Positions 27,723-38,111 of a stretch of DNA of 64,000 nucleotides are shown here, one piece after another (the stretch's first letter is position 1; each line of letters starts with the position of its first letter). The translations under genes were made by a program, and so were the position numbers. The stretch is taken from contig CANKMT010000015.1 in NCBI GenBank assembly GCA_947482825.1, positions 122 through 64,121 of the forward strand, read 5' to 3'. The stretch is from Betaproteobacteria bacterium (GTDB taxonomy: Bacteria; Pseudomonadota; Gammaproteobacteria; Burkholderiales; SG8-39). Below the pieces are notes generated by a model. That model had not been told where the DNA came from, did no database searches, and saw only the letters and a program-made list of their open reading frames with translations.

Positions 27723-28809
27723 ATGAACGTCTTTCTGCGGCGCTGTGCCCTCGTCCTTTTCGGACTTGCCGGTTGCATCGCGGTCCCCGTCGGTCCCCGC
27801 CCAATCTCAGCCCGCAAGCAACTTGCTGATCGGCCTCGGTACCCAGCCCACTTTGATCTACGGGGTCCACTACCTGATGGTGTCCCGCGGCTTTCTCAAG
27901 GAAGAGGGGCTCGACGCGGACTTCGTGGTGCTCGACGGCACGGCCACGCTGGTGACCCAGATGGCGCAGAAGCGCATCTTCACTGCGTGGCCCAACCTGG
28001 ACGCCCTGATTCTCTCCCGCCAGCCCGGACGCGATCCGCTGCCGCTGCGCTGTGCTTACAACGGCGTGCGCACCACCGCGTGGGAGTTCGCTGTCCTCGA
28101 GGCGAGCCCGATCAAGACCCTGGCCGACCTCAAGGGCAAGCGGATCGGCGTGATTTCGCTTGCGATGGGCAACGTGCCGATCACCCGGGCGCTGATGACC
28201 GGGCTCGGTATCAAGGACTATGAACTGCTGCCCGTCTCGCAGGGCGCGCCGGCCTTCCGTGCGTTGCAGACCGGGGCGGTTGATGCACTGAACCTGTTCG
28301 ACGGCCAGCACCTGCAGCTGGAGCTTGCCGGCACGCGCATCCGCCGGCTGGAGCAACCGGAGAAATACGAGAACCAGTTTTCCAATTGCTGGGTGTTTCA
28401 CGAGGACACGATCTGCGGCCAGGGTGAGCAGGTGGCCGGTTTCGGCCGTGCCTTTGCCAAGGCCTCGATCGCCTGCCAGGCCAACTGGAACGCTTGCGTG
28501 CGCAGCTACTGGCAGCAGTTCCCCAACCAGAAGCCCGCGGAAGGCACCGAGGAGCAGAAGCTCGAGAGAAGCGTCAAGGTGCTGCGCGCGCGCACCGACA
28601 AGTTCTTCAACTTCCGGCCCGGCGAGCCGCGCCGGCTCGGGTCCTATTCGGAACAGGACTGGGTGAATTTCGTCGAAGTGCTGCATGCTGGCGGCCAGCT
28701 CAAGACGCGCGACATCCCGGTGCGTGAGCTCTACACGAACCAGTTCGTCGAGGCCTACAACCGCTTCGACGCCGAGGCCGTTGCACGCATCGCGCGCGGC
28801 TGGCAGTAG
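27723..28809 (+). pseudogene. NMT1/SsuA-type ABC substrate-binding protein, frameshifted in the signal peptide
   Basis: SPIKTLADLKGKRIGV, ALQTGAVDA; the signal MNVFLRRCALVLFGLAGCIAVP is out of frame because of a 10-bp duplication at 27781-27800. Confidence 0.75.
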
Positions 28810-28813
28810 GCCC

Positions 28814-29605
28814 GTGGCGCTGTCGCAGGCGCATGTGAAAGCGGCGGCGCAGGCGCTGCTCGATGCGCGTGCGCGGCGCGTGCGCCTGCCCAACCTGCCG
28901 GAGGGCCTGCGGCCGCAGACCACGGCCGACGCCGAAGCGATCTGCGAGGCCATGGGGGTGGGATTCGATCTGCCCGTAGGCGGATGGAAAGTCGGTTGCA
29001 CCGACCCGGCCGTGGCCATCAAAGTGGGCTTGGAGCGTCCTTTCCTCGGCCGGATCCCGGCCCTGTACGTCTACCAGAGCGGCGCCTCGGTTCCGTGGTC
29101 CGATTTGCTCCGGCCGGTGGTGGAGGCCGAGATCGGTTTCCGCTTCGGTCGAGACCTGCCGCCACGCGCAACGCCGTATTCGGCCGAAGAGGTCGCGGAG
29201 GCGATCGACGCACTCGTGCCCGGCATCGAAATTCCCGAAAGCCGCCTGACCGACGACCACCCGCTCGGCGCGCTGGGCATGGTGGCCGACCAGGGCTATG
29301 CCGGGCGCTTCGTATGCGGCACGCCACATAGGCGCTGGCGCGAACTCGACGTGTCCGGGCAACTCGTGGTGTTGAGCCTGAGCGGCCGGGAAGTGGCGCG
29401 CGGCACCGGCGCCCGGGCGATGGGCAACCCGTTCGAGGCGGTGGTGTGGCTGGCCAACGAACGTTCGCGCATCGGCGATGGCGTTCAGGCGGGACAGGTC
29501 GTCAGCACCGGGTCATTGACTGGTATCCAGTGGACTGAAGCCGGCGACCTCGCCGTGGCCGACTACGGCGCGCTCGGACGGGTCGAGGTGCGCCTTGCGC
29601 CCTGA
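28814..29605 (+). CDS. 2-keto-4-pentenoate hydratase-like protein (FAH superfamily)
   Basis: GWKVG, VEAEIGF, GIEIPESR, GNPFEAVVWLAN, STGS. Confidence 0.85.
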   Translation: MALSQAHVKAAAQALLDARARRVRLPNLPEGLRPQTTADAEAICEAMGVGFDLPVGGWKVGCTDPAVAIKVGLERPFLGRIPALYVYQSGASVPWSDLLRPVVEAEIGFRFGRDLPPRATPYSAEEVAEAIDALVPGIEIPESRLTDDHPLGALGMVADQGYAGRFVCGTPHRRWRELDVSGQLVVLSLSGREVARGTGARAMGNPFEAVVWLANERSRIGDGVQAGQVVSTGSLTGIQWTEAGDLAVADYGALGRVEVRLAP

Positions 29606-29664
29606 CTGCTTTTAGGCGCTCCTGCTGAAGTCACCGAGGATCGCCGCACGGGCTGCGGCGCTGC

Positions 29665-30499
29665 TCAGTTCGCCGTGATCTGATTGACCCGGATGACCTC
29701 GGTCCAGCGCGCGGCCTCCGAGCGAAGGTGGGCGGCGAACTCCGCGGGCGTACTTCCGGTAGGCGAGGCGCCTGCGTTAAGCAACTGCGTGCGCAGTTCG
29801 GCGGTCTTGAGCGCGCGCATGATCTCGGCATTCAGTCGATTCACAATCTCCACCGGCGTGCCGGCCGGCGCGACGAGGCCGTACCACGAACTGAGATCGA
29901 AGCCCTTGAGGCCGGACTCGACCATGGTCGGCAGGTCGGGCAACAGCTCCGAGCGCTGCGCGCTGGTGACCGCGAGCCCGCGCAACTGGCCGGCTTTGAT
30001 CGGCGGCGCCGCGGTCGGCACCACGTCGAAGATCATGTCCACTTGGCCGCCGATCGCATCGATGAGCGCCGGCCCGCTGCCTTTGTAGGGCACGTGCACC
30101 AGGGTGATGCCGGTAGCGTTCTTGAACAGTTCGCCGATCAGATGCTGGAAGTTCCCGTTGCCCGAAGAGGCGTAAGTCATCCCCGGCTTCGACTTTGCGA
30201 GCTGCACCAGTTGCTCGATGGTGGTGGCCTGCACCTTGGGATGCACCGCAAGCACTCCCGGGGTCTGCGCAAACAGGATCACCGGCGCGAAATCCTTCAG
30301 CGGGTCGTAGCGGGCCGTGGACTTGTACAGGATCGGACTCACCGCCAGCGAACTCATGCCGGCGGTCAGGAGCGTGTAGCCGTCCGGGGCCGATCGCGCG
30401 ACATGTTCGGTGCCCAGCATCGCGCCCGCGCCCGGGCGGTGATCCATCACCAGCAGCCAGGATCCTTGTCGCACTCGGTTGCTCGGCAAGACATTTCAT
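29665..30499 (-). pseudogene. Bug/TctC solute receptor with an internal N-terminal deletion
   Basis: Intact from VMDHRPGAG to the end (VPYKGSGPA). The start MKCLAEQPSATRILAAG, with AGG RBS, is out of frame and the YP...VP..PGG..D segment is missing. Confidence 0.75.
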
Positions 30500-30521
30500 C
30501 GCGATACCTTCCTTTGAGGGG

Positions 30522-31871
30522 CTAATGGCCTTTAGCGAGTCTCATCAGCGCGCGAGTCAGCGGATGAGCCGCTTCTCCGAGGCGCGCGGTGACCGCGAAG
30601 TGGTGGTCTCCCGGCGACAGGAGGAGCTGCACGCGGTGACCTCGCGCGGCGCACAGGTCACGGTATTCCTCCGCCTGACGGATGTAGCCTGGCGTTTCGC
30701 CGCCGCCGACCGCGATGACCATTTCGACCGAAGCGTCGAGCGGGGCATTCCTGATCGGGCTCACCCGTTGCAACATGACTTCATCCAGGCCCATGTCGAG
30801 GTAGCGGTCGTGGTGGGTGTGAGGCTCCATGTCGTAGGAGCCGCTCACCAGCAGCGCTGCGCGCGCCGGCGAGCGGGCAAGCCCGTCCTTCGAGAAATCA
30901 TGGGCGAGCGCCATGGCCGCGAGCTGCGCGCCGGCGGAATGGCCGGCCAACACGATGCGCCTGTTGCCGCCGGGCGACAGCGTCTTGCAGGCCCAGGCGA
31001 GCGCTTCGCAGGCCTCGCGCATGATGTCCGGCAGGGTGACCTGCGGGATCAGGTTGTAGCCGACTAGCACGGTGGTGATGCCTTCGGCCAGCAGAGGTTC
31101 GGCGATGAATGCGAACGCCTCCTTGGACTGGTAGCGCCAGGCGCCGCCGTGAAAGAACAGCACGATCGGCCCTTCAGGTGTGCCGGGATAGACATCGACC
31201 AGTTGCCGGGGCCCGGTGCCGTAACGTACGTCGCGCTCACCGGGAAGGCTCGCGCGCAAGGGCGCACTCTTCGCGGCCCTGGCCTGAGTGAATGATTGGC
31301 CGTCGGGGACCGCCACGCGCATGTCGAACTGGCGGCTGATCTCGGCCCGGCTCATCCCGCGCCAGACCGGCGTGGTTTCCTCCTGCGGCGCCTTTGCCTG
31401 CACGGACCCTGCCGGCGGGCCGCCCGCGCCGGTGCCGTGGTCGACGTATCCGTTGGCGCCGGTCCTGGTGCCATCGACGAAGTTGACGATCCGCTCAGGG
31501 GAGGTGTGGATTCCCAGGATGCGCAAGGTCTTCGTGCCGGCATTGCCGAACACATGCGGAATGTTTGGAGGCAGCGCCACGATGTCGCCGGCGACCAGCT
31601 TTTCCGCGGTCTGCTCCCGGCCTTCGAGATAGACCGTGGCCTCGCCCTCGATCACGAACAGCAGCTCGATGTACGGATGCCAGTGCAAGCGCGTCATGTA
31701 GCCCGGTTCGCACGTCTGGATGCCCGTGAACACCGGCACCTCGCCGCCGCCCACCAGCCGCCGGTAAGACGACAGCGGCCCGAAGTTCACGTCGTCCTGC
31801 GCGGCAAGGCGGGCGATGCGCGGCTCGGTCAATGTGTTCATGCGATTCTCCGTTGCGTTGTCCATGTTCAA
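30522..31871 (-). CDS. Cupin domain fused to an alpha/beta hydrolase (arylformamidase-like)
   Basis: N-terminal HWHPYIELLFVIEG...GD...PPNIPH; C-terminal HGGAW, GHSAG, HHF. Confidence 0.8.
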   Translation of the reverse strand: MNMDNATENRMNTLTEPRIARLAAQDDVNFGPLSSYRRLVGGGEVPVFTGIQTCEPGYMTRLHWHPYIELLFVIEGEATVYLEGREQTAEKLVAGDIVALPPNIPHVFGNAGTKTLRILGIHTSPERIVNFVDGTRTGANGYVDHGTGAGGPPAGSVQAKAPQEETTPVWRGMSRAEISRQFDMRVAVPDGQSFTQARAAKSAPLRASLPGERDVRYGTGPRQLVDVYPGTPEGPIVLFFHGGAWRYQSKEAFAFIAEPLLAEGITTVLVGYNLIPQVTLPDIMREACEALAWACKTLSPGGNRRIVLAGHSAGAQLAAMALAHDFSKDGLARSPARAALLVSGSYDMEPHTHHDRYLDMGLDEVMLQRVSPIRNAPLDASVEMVIAVGGGETPGYIRQAEEYRDLCAARGHRVQLLLSPGDHHFAVTARLGEAAHPLTRALMRLAKGH

Positions 31872-32215
31872 TTAAAAACGGCCTTCGCCGAAAAAGTCTG
31901 GCGATACACGCGTCGCGTGCGGCTGACGAACTTCGCGCTCATGCGCCGAGTCGATTCCGAGGCTTCGCGCCAAGCCTTGTACTGAGGGGTATCAAACACC
32001 TTCGCATCTTCGAGTTCATAGATGGCGAGGTACTTCTGTCCCTCGCCTTCGACTTCGAAACGCCGGGCGGAGATGAATCCCGGCAGGGCCATCAGCTCCG
32101 GAATGTGCTCCTCGTTGTACCAGCGGTTGAACCCGGCCTCGTCTTCCGGGTTCACGTCGATCATCATCAGCAGAACCGCGGTGGATTTGCCTGGCAGATC
32201 GTCAACCTGTTTCAT
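31868..32215 (-). CDS. Dimeric alpha-beta barrel protein (DUF4286/EthD-like)
   Basis: FNRWYNEEHIPE..LPGF.SARRF...KYLAIYEL. Confidence 0.75.
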   Translation of the reverse strand: MKQVDDLPGKSTAVLLMMIDVNPEDEAGFNRWYNEEHIPELMALPGFISARRFEVEGEGQKYLAIYELEDAKVFDTPQYKAWREASESTRRMSAKFVSRTRRVYRQTFSAKAVFN

Positions 32216-32373
32216 CGGCATGCTCCAGATCCAATGGCGCAGTATGAACCCGATGCGCGACGCCTTTCGCCCCGGCCCGGCGTTGGCGGCGATTGCGTTT
32301 CGACCTGCGGAACGCGCACGATAGTAGTATTGACGCGTACCGGAGTCCAATCAACAACGAGAGGGAAGGACGA

Positions 32374-33354
32374 ATGCGCAAGTTCCGCTTGCTCTATCCG
32401 GTTCTGGCGCTTTTTCTGTTCGCACTGCCGTCTACCCCCGGGTTCGCGCAAGCGTGGCCGGCCAAACCGATCCGCCTGATCATCCCGTACCCGCCCGGCG
32501 GACAGACCGACATCGTCGGGCGCTGGCTCGGCCAACGGTTGTCGCAATCGCTCGGCCAGCCAATCGTCATGGACAATCGCGCCGGCGCGCAGGGTATCGT
32601 CGGCATGAGCGCGGCCAAAAACGCCGACCCTGACGGTTACACCTTCGTCTACAGCAACGTGTCGATCAGCCTGATCAACCGCTTCGCCCACGCCAAGCTG
32701 CCCTACGACGCCCTGACCGATTTCGAAGCGGTGTCGTTGCTCGGGTACACCACGCTGGGCCTGGCGGTGCCTTCCACCTCGGGACTCAAGACGATCGACG
32801 AATTGATCCGTTACGTAAAGGCCAATGCAGGCAAGACCACCTATGCCTCGTTCGGGATCGGCAGCAGTGCGCACATGTACGGCGAGATGCTGAACGGCGC
32901 GGCGGGCCTGGACATGTCGCACGTGCCGTACAAGGGGACTGCACCGGCGACCATCGACGTGGTCGCCGGACGCGCCACCGCGGGCTACATCGATTTCTCG
33001 AGCATGGGGGCGATGATCCAGGCGGGCAAGCTGACCGTGCTCGCGGTCACGGGCACGCGGCGCTGGCCCTTTTATCCCGACGTGCCCACGTTCGGGGAAC
33101 TCGGCTTTCCGCTCGACCTGCCGGGGTGGGCCGGCATCATGGCGCCCAAGGGCACGCCGCGACCGATCGTGGAGCGCATGGGCGAGGAGATCGGCCGCAT
33201 CCTGCGAACGGCCGAAGGCCAGAAAGACATGCTCGAGAAGGGCGGCATTATCGCTGTGGGCAGCACCCCGGCAGAGTTTGCCGAGGTGCTTAAACGCGAT
33301 ACGCCTCGCTGGGGCGCCGCATTCGCGCGCTCCGGCGTCAAGCCACAGGAATGA
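32374..33354 (+). CDS. Bug/TctC-family tripartite tricarboxylate transporter receptor
   Basis: AQAWPAKPIRLIIPYPPGGQTD, VPYKG. Confidence 0.92.
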   Translation: MRKFRLLYPVLALFLFALPSTPGFAQAWPAKPIRLIIPYPPGGQTDIVGRWLGQRLSQSLGQPIVMDNRAGAQGIVGMSAAKNADPDGYTFVYSNVSISLINRFAHAKLPYDALTDFEAVSLLGYTTLGLAVPSTSGLKTIDELIRYVKANAGKTTYASFGIGSSAHMYGEMLNGAAGLDMSHVPYKGTAPATIDVVAGRATAGYIDFSSMGAMIQAGKLTVLAVTGTRRWPFYPDVPTFGELGFPLDLPGWAGIMAPKGTPRPIVERMGEEIGRILRTAEGQKDMLEKGGIIAVGSTPAEFAEVLKRDTPRWGAAFARSGVKPQE

Positions 33355-34136
33355 GCGCGCGGCTCGAGGGAAAGATCGCCCTGATCACCGGAGCGGCGGG
33401 GGCGCAGGGCCGCGCCGCGGCGATGACTTTCGCGCAGCATGGCGCAAAGGTCGCGCTGGCCGATATCGACGAGGCGCGGGTGAACGCGGTCCGTGACGAG
33501 GTCGAGGCTGCAGGCGGCGAGGCATTCGCAATCGGTGTGGACGTTACCAGCGAGGACAGCGTGAGGCGCATGGTCGAGGCCTCGCTCGCCCATTTCGGGA
33601 AGCTCAACGTCCTCTACAACAACGCCGGCATCAACAACGGCGGGTCGACCGAAGCGGAGCGCGATGTCGACGTGGTGCGCCTGCCGCTGGAGATCTGGCA
33701 ACGCATGCTGAACGTGAACCTGACCGGCGTGTTCCTGTGCTCGAAGCACGCGATTCCCGCGTTGATCAGCGCGGGCGGTGGGTCGGTGATCAACATTTCG
33801 TCGACCGCAGGCATCCTTGGCAGTTTGATCTCGGGGCACACCTATTCGGCTTCCAAAGGCGGACTGAACTCGCTGACGCGTTCGATGGCCGCGGCGTACG
33901 CAAAGCACAAGGTGCGGGTCAATGCGATCTGCCCCGGGTCGCTCGAACCATTGATGAAATTCGGCATCCCGCGCACGCCCGAGCGCCAGAAAATGCTCGA
34001 GGCGAACTACCCGATCGGGCGGCTGGGCACCCCGGATGACGTCGTTCAGCTCGCCGTGCACCTGGCCTCGGACGAGTCGAGCTGGACTACCGGGGCCATC
34101 ATTCCTGTGGATGGCGGGTTTACCTCCACTTCCTGA
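33351..34136 (+). CDS. Short-chain dehydrogenase/reductase
   Basis: TGAAGAQG, NNAG, YSASK. Confidence 0.92.
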   Translation: MSARLEGKIALITGAAGAQGRAAAMTFAQHGAKVALADIDEARVNAVRDEVEAAGGEAFAIGVDVTSEDSVRRMVEASLAHFGKLNVLYNNAGINNGGSTEAERDVDVVRLPLEIWQRMLNVNLTGVFLCSKHAIPALISAGGGSVINISSTAGILGSLISGHTYSASKGGLNSLTRSMAAAYAKHKVRVNAICPGSLEPLMKFGIPRTPERQKMLEANYPIGRLGTPDDVVQLAVHLASDESSWTTGAIIPVDGGFTSTS

Positions 34137-34141
34137 GCCTC

Positions 34142-35866
34142 ATGAAAACCACCACATCCCAGACCGCCGCACGCTTCCTCCTCGACGGGTTGTCCGAGGC
34201 CGGCATCGAGTACCTGTTCTGCAATTTCGGCACCGACCACGCGCCGATCATCGAGGAAATGGCGCGCATGGATGCCGCGGGGCTGCCTTACCCGAAGTCG
34301 ATCCTGTGCCCGCACGAGAACACGGCGATGCACATGGCCGGCGGCTACGCCCTGGTCACCGGGCGGGGGCAGGGCGTGATGGTGCACGTCGATGTCGGCA
34401 CCGCCAACGCCGCCATGGGCATGCACAACCTGTTCCGCACGCGCTTGCCCGTGATGCTGATGGCCGGCAAGGCGCCGTACACGAGCCTGGGCGAACTGCC
34501 CGGCACGCGCGACGACTACGTCCATTTCGTGCAGGAACCCATGGACCAGGGCAGCATCGTGCGCCCCTTTGCCAAGTGGGAATACACGCTGCCGTCAGGC
34601 GCCGTGGCCAAGGAGACCGTTCGCCGCGCGCATACGCTCATGCAGAGCGACCCGCCCGGGCCGGTGCATCTGCTGTTCGCTCGCGAAACGCTGGCCGAAC
34701 ACTGGCAGCCCGAGGCGATCCGCTCGTACCCGGACTCGACACACTCGCCGCAGCGCCTGGGTGGTATCGATGCGGCGCGCATCGAGGCGTTGGCGGCGCG
34801 ATTGCTGAAGTCGAAACGCCCGATGCTCGTCACCGGCTATGGCGGCAAGAGCAGGCGAACCTCGGAGGCGATCGAAAAGCTCTCGCGCCTCGCGGGCGTG
34901 CGCGTGTTCGAGAACGCGCCCGTGATCAACATCGGGCGCGAGTTTGCGGGCTTTGCGGGGTTTCGCGTTGCCGACTACCTGCCCAAAGCCGATTTCGGTC
35001 TCATCGTGGACACCGACGTGCCGTGGATCCCGCGCGACACCGCGCCGCATCCGGAGGCCTGGTGGACGCACATCGACATCGACGTGGTGAAGAAATCGAT
35101 TCCGATGTGGAGTTTTCCTGCGCAGGAGCGCATCGAAGCGAATGCAGGGCAGGTGCTGGAGCAACTCGCCGACGCGGTCGGGGTCATGGCGGGTGGGTCT
35201 TTCAAGGCCGCTGCAGCAGAGCGATGGAAAACGATGGAAGGCGAGTTCGCGACGCGCAAGAAGAAAACGGCGGACCTCGCTGCGGACCCGGGGACGCCGG
35301 GCGCCATCAACCCGGATTACTTCGCCGCCGAACTCGGCAAGCGCCTCGACCCGCAGGACACGATTCTGTCGGAGGCAGTGACCAACAATCCGGTGTTCGC
35401 GCGGCAGGTGCCGCGCCCCGTGGCCTGCACGATGATCCGCCACAGTGGCAGCGGGTTGGGCGCCGCGGGTGGGCTCGCCTTGGGCGTGAAGCTTGCCCGG
35501 CCGCAATACCGTTCGGTGCACATCGTCGGCGACGGCGGCTTCTACTTTGGTAACCTCGATTCGGTGTTCGCCGTCTCGCGCGAACACGGGCTGCCGATCT
35601 TCAGCATCATCGTCGACAACGCGGGCTGGAACGCGGTGAAGGATGCAACCTTGCGCGTTTACCCGAAAGGGACGGCGCTCGAGCGCGACGCCTTCCAGTC
35701 GCGTTTGCCGCAAGGCATGGACTTCTCCAAGCTCGCCCTCGTGAGCGGCGCCTACGGGGAGTGTCTCTCCGACCCGGCGGACACGGGCGCCGCGATCGAG
35801 CGGTGCCTGGCGGCGCTCGAGGAGGGTCGCAGCGCCTTGTTGCACGTCAAAGTCACGCCAATCTAG
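34142..35866 (+). CDS. Thiamine diphosphate-dependent enzyme (acetolactate synthase/decarboxylase-like)
   Basis: PHENTA (catalytic Glu); GDGG...DNAGW ThDP motif. Confidence 0.88.
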   Translation: MKTTTSQTAARFLLDGLSEAGIEYLFCNFGTDHAPIIEEMARMDAAGLPYPKSILCPHENTAMHMAGGYALVTGRGQGVMVHVDVGTANAAMGMHNLFRTRLPVMLMAGKAPYTSLGELPGTRDDYVHFVQEPMDQGSIVRPFAKWEYTLPSGAVAKETVRRAHTLMQSDPPGPVHLLFARETLAEHWQPEAIRSYPDSTHSPQRLGGIDAARIEALAARLLKSKRPMLVTGYGGKSRRTSEAIEKLSRLAGVRVFENAPVINIGREFAGFAGFRVADYLPKADFGLIVDTDVPWIPRDTAPHPEAWWTHIDIDVVKKSIPMWSFPAQERIEANAGQVLEQLADAVGVMAGGSFKAAAAERWKTMEGEFATRKKKTADLAADPGTPGAINPDYFAAELGKRLDPQDTILSEAVTNNPVFARQVPRPVACTMIRHSGSGLGAAGGLALGVKLARPQYRSVHIVGDGGFYFGNLDSVFAVSREHGLPIFSIIVDNAGWNAVKDATLRVYPKGTALERDAFQSRLPQGMDFSKLALVSGAYGECLSDPADTGAAIERCLAALEEGRSALLHVKVTPI

Positions 35867-35874
35867 GGCGGGCG

Positions 35875-36759
35875 ATGGTCCGCGACGAACGGCTCAAGGG
35901 CCTCGCTTTCATGGTGGGTGCGTCAGTCTGCTTTTCTACCGGCGGCCTGCTGGTGAGGCTGGTCGAATCCACGCCGCCGGCCGCGCTGGTGGTGTTGCGG
36001 TGTGCCGTCATGTTCGTGTTTCTCGCCGCATTGCTGGTGGTCCGGCACGGCCGCGGCGTCGCGGGGAGGGTGCGCGAAGGCGGCCGTTCCGGCGTGGTCT
36101 CCGCGCTGTTCCTTGCGGCGGTGTTCTGCCTGTTCATCTTCGCGGTCACCCGCACGAGCGTCGCGAACGCAGCGGCGTTGATGAGCACTGGTCCGCTCAT
36201 GCTGACGGTCGCCGCCTGGGTGTTCCTCGGCGAGAAGCCGCGGGTTGCGACGTGGCTCGCGATTGCCGCGGCGCTGGGCGGAATCGGGCTGATGTTCGCC
36301 GACGGGATCGGTAGTGGCGGGGTGATCGCAGGCAACCTGCTTGCGCTCTGCATTCCGGTGAGTTTCACCGTGAGCTACATCCTCCTGCGCCGCTCGCCGG
36401 CGCGGCTCGACCCGACGACTACCTCGATGCTTGCGGCGTTGTTCGCGGCGCTGGCCGTGCTGCCGTTTGCCTGGCCGGTCGCGTGGCCTGCAGGCGACCT
36501 GCCGGTGATCGTCACCATGGGCGTGGCCCAGACTGGCCTGGGCCTTGCGCTGATGTCGCAGGCGATCAACCGCCTGTCGGCCGGCGAACTGGGGATGGTC
36601 GGGCTGCTCGAGATGGCGCTCGCCCCGGTGTGGGTGTGGCTGGTCCTGGGCGAGCGGCCGACGGACGCCGCGCTCGCGGGCGGGGTCATCGTGGTCGGTG
36701 CGGTGTTCCTCGACCAGTTGCAGGCGCTGGGCCGGCGGCCCCGAATCAGTCAGTTGTAG
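35875..36759 (+). CDS. DMT/EamA-family transporter
   Basis: Ten TM segments; two LGE(K/R)P repeats. Confidence 0.85.
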   Translation: MVRDERLKGLAFMVGASVCFSTGGLLVRLVESTPPAALVVLRCAVMFVFLAALLVVRHGRGVAGRVREGGRSGVVSALFLAAVFCLFIFAVTRTSVANAAALMSTGPLMLTVAAWVFLGEKPRVATWLAIAAALGGIGLMFADGIGSGGVIAGNLLALCIPVSFTVSYILLRRSPARLDPTTTSMLAALFAALAVLPFAWPVAWPAGDLPVIVTMGVAQTGLGLALMSQAINRLSAGELGMVGLLEMALAPVWVWLVLGERPTDAALAGGVIVVGAVFLDQLQALGRRPRISQL

Positions 36760-38009
36760 CGCGCCTCGGCGCGTTGCGATGCCGGGGTCTCGCCCGCTTC
36801 TCGGATGGCTGCGGCCAGGTCGGCCAGATATCGCTCAGCGATGCCGACGTGCACACCGTTCAGCGCGATATGGATTCCGCGCGGCTCCTTCGTGCGCCCC
36901 ACGACCCAGCCGCGCCGCGAGAGCGACTGCGCAATGGCTTCGATGTCGGGCGCGGGTTGCGCGCTGGTGTAGAGCAGGATAGTCGATTCGGAGGGCCGCA
37001 CAACCGTGAGCCCCGGGATCGCCTCGATGCCGGCGACCAGGCGGCGCTTTTCGTCGAGCACCCGGCGCACGGCTTCACGGTAGCCTGCGGCACCCAGGCT
37101 GTTGAGGGCTGCCCAGGCGGCGGCGATTGCGCCGGCAGGGCGCGAACCCGAGAAAGTGTCCGTAGCGTAGGTGCCGTGCGGCCAGTTGGAGGACGAGAAA
37201 CGCTGATGGGACTTCAGGCGTTCCTCACGCAGAAGAAACAGTGAGGCGCCCTTGGCCGCATAGCCATACTTGTGCAGATCGGCCGACAGACTGGTGGCGC
37301 CAGGCACCGTGAAATCGAACTTCGTAATCGGTTCGCCGAGATCGCGCGCGAAGGGCGCGGTCAGGCCGCCGAAACAGGCGTCCACATGCATCCAGACACC
37401 GTGGCGCTGCGCCAGAGCGCCGAGTTCCTCGAAGGAATCGAAACATCCATGGGTATAGCCGGGCGCCGAGCCGGCGATCAGGCAGGTGGAAGCATCGATT
37501 GCACCCTCCATTGCCGCCACGTCGGCGCGAAATCCCGCCGCGAGCGGCACGCGGCGAATCTCGAGATCGAGGTAATGGGCTGCCTTGTCGAAAGCCGGGT
37601 GCGCGCTGTATGGCAGCACCGCGTTGAGCCGGCCGGTGCCGCCGCGCTCGGCGCGAAACCAGTCACGCGCGGTCTTGACCGCGAGGAACAGGCTCTCGGT
37701 GCCGCCGCTGGTGAAGCTGCCGGCGGCTCCCGCCGGCGCGTTGAACAGCGCGAGGCCCATGGCGATGACCTCCGACTCCAGCCGTGCGAGACCGGGGAAG
37801 ACGCGCATGCCCAGCCCGTTCTCCGAGAAGTACATCGCGTAGGCTTCGCGCACCGCGTGGTCGGTGGCCTCATCGAGATGGAACACGAACGCGGGCAGAC
37901 GCCCGCCGCGCCAGTCGCCTTCCCCCGCGTGCAGAGCCTCGAGTTCGGCGCGCAGCTCGGCCCAGGGGCGGCCGCGCTCCGGCAGGCTGGTCATCGGCTT
38001 CGTTTTCAT
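36750..38009 (-). CDS. PLP-dependent enzyme, sphingosine-1-phosphate lyase / group II decarboxylase family
   Basis: TSGGTES, AHPAFDKAA, HVDACFGG, SADLHKYG. Confidence 0.85.
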   Translation of the reverse strand: MKTKPMTSLPERGRPWAELRAELEALHAGEGDWRGGRLPAFVFHLDEATDHAVREAYAMYFSENGLGMRVFPGLARLESEVIAMGLALFNAPAGAAGSFTSGGTESLFLAVKTARDWFRAERGGTGRLNAVLPYSAHPAFDKAAHYLDLEIRRVPLAAGFRADVAAMEGAIDASTCLIAGSAPGYTHGCFDSFEELGALAQRHGVWMHVDACFGGLTAPFARDLGEPITKFDFTVPGATSLSADLHKYGYAAKGASLFLLREERLKSHQRFSSSNWPHGTYATDTFSGSRPAGAIAAAWAALNSLGAAGYREAVRRVLDEKRRLVAGIEAIPGLTVVRPSESTILLYTSAQPAPDIEAIAQSLSRRGWVVGRTKEPRGIHIALNGVHVGIAERYLADLAAAIREAGETPASQRAEARYN

Positions 38010-38111
38010 GGTTTCCTCCGAAAATGTGGCCGTTACAGAGTGTGCGTTGCGGCTGCCTTCCGGGCAACACGCGAGTAGACACGGGTGGACAAGGCAGGGC
38101 AGAGTACACAG

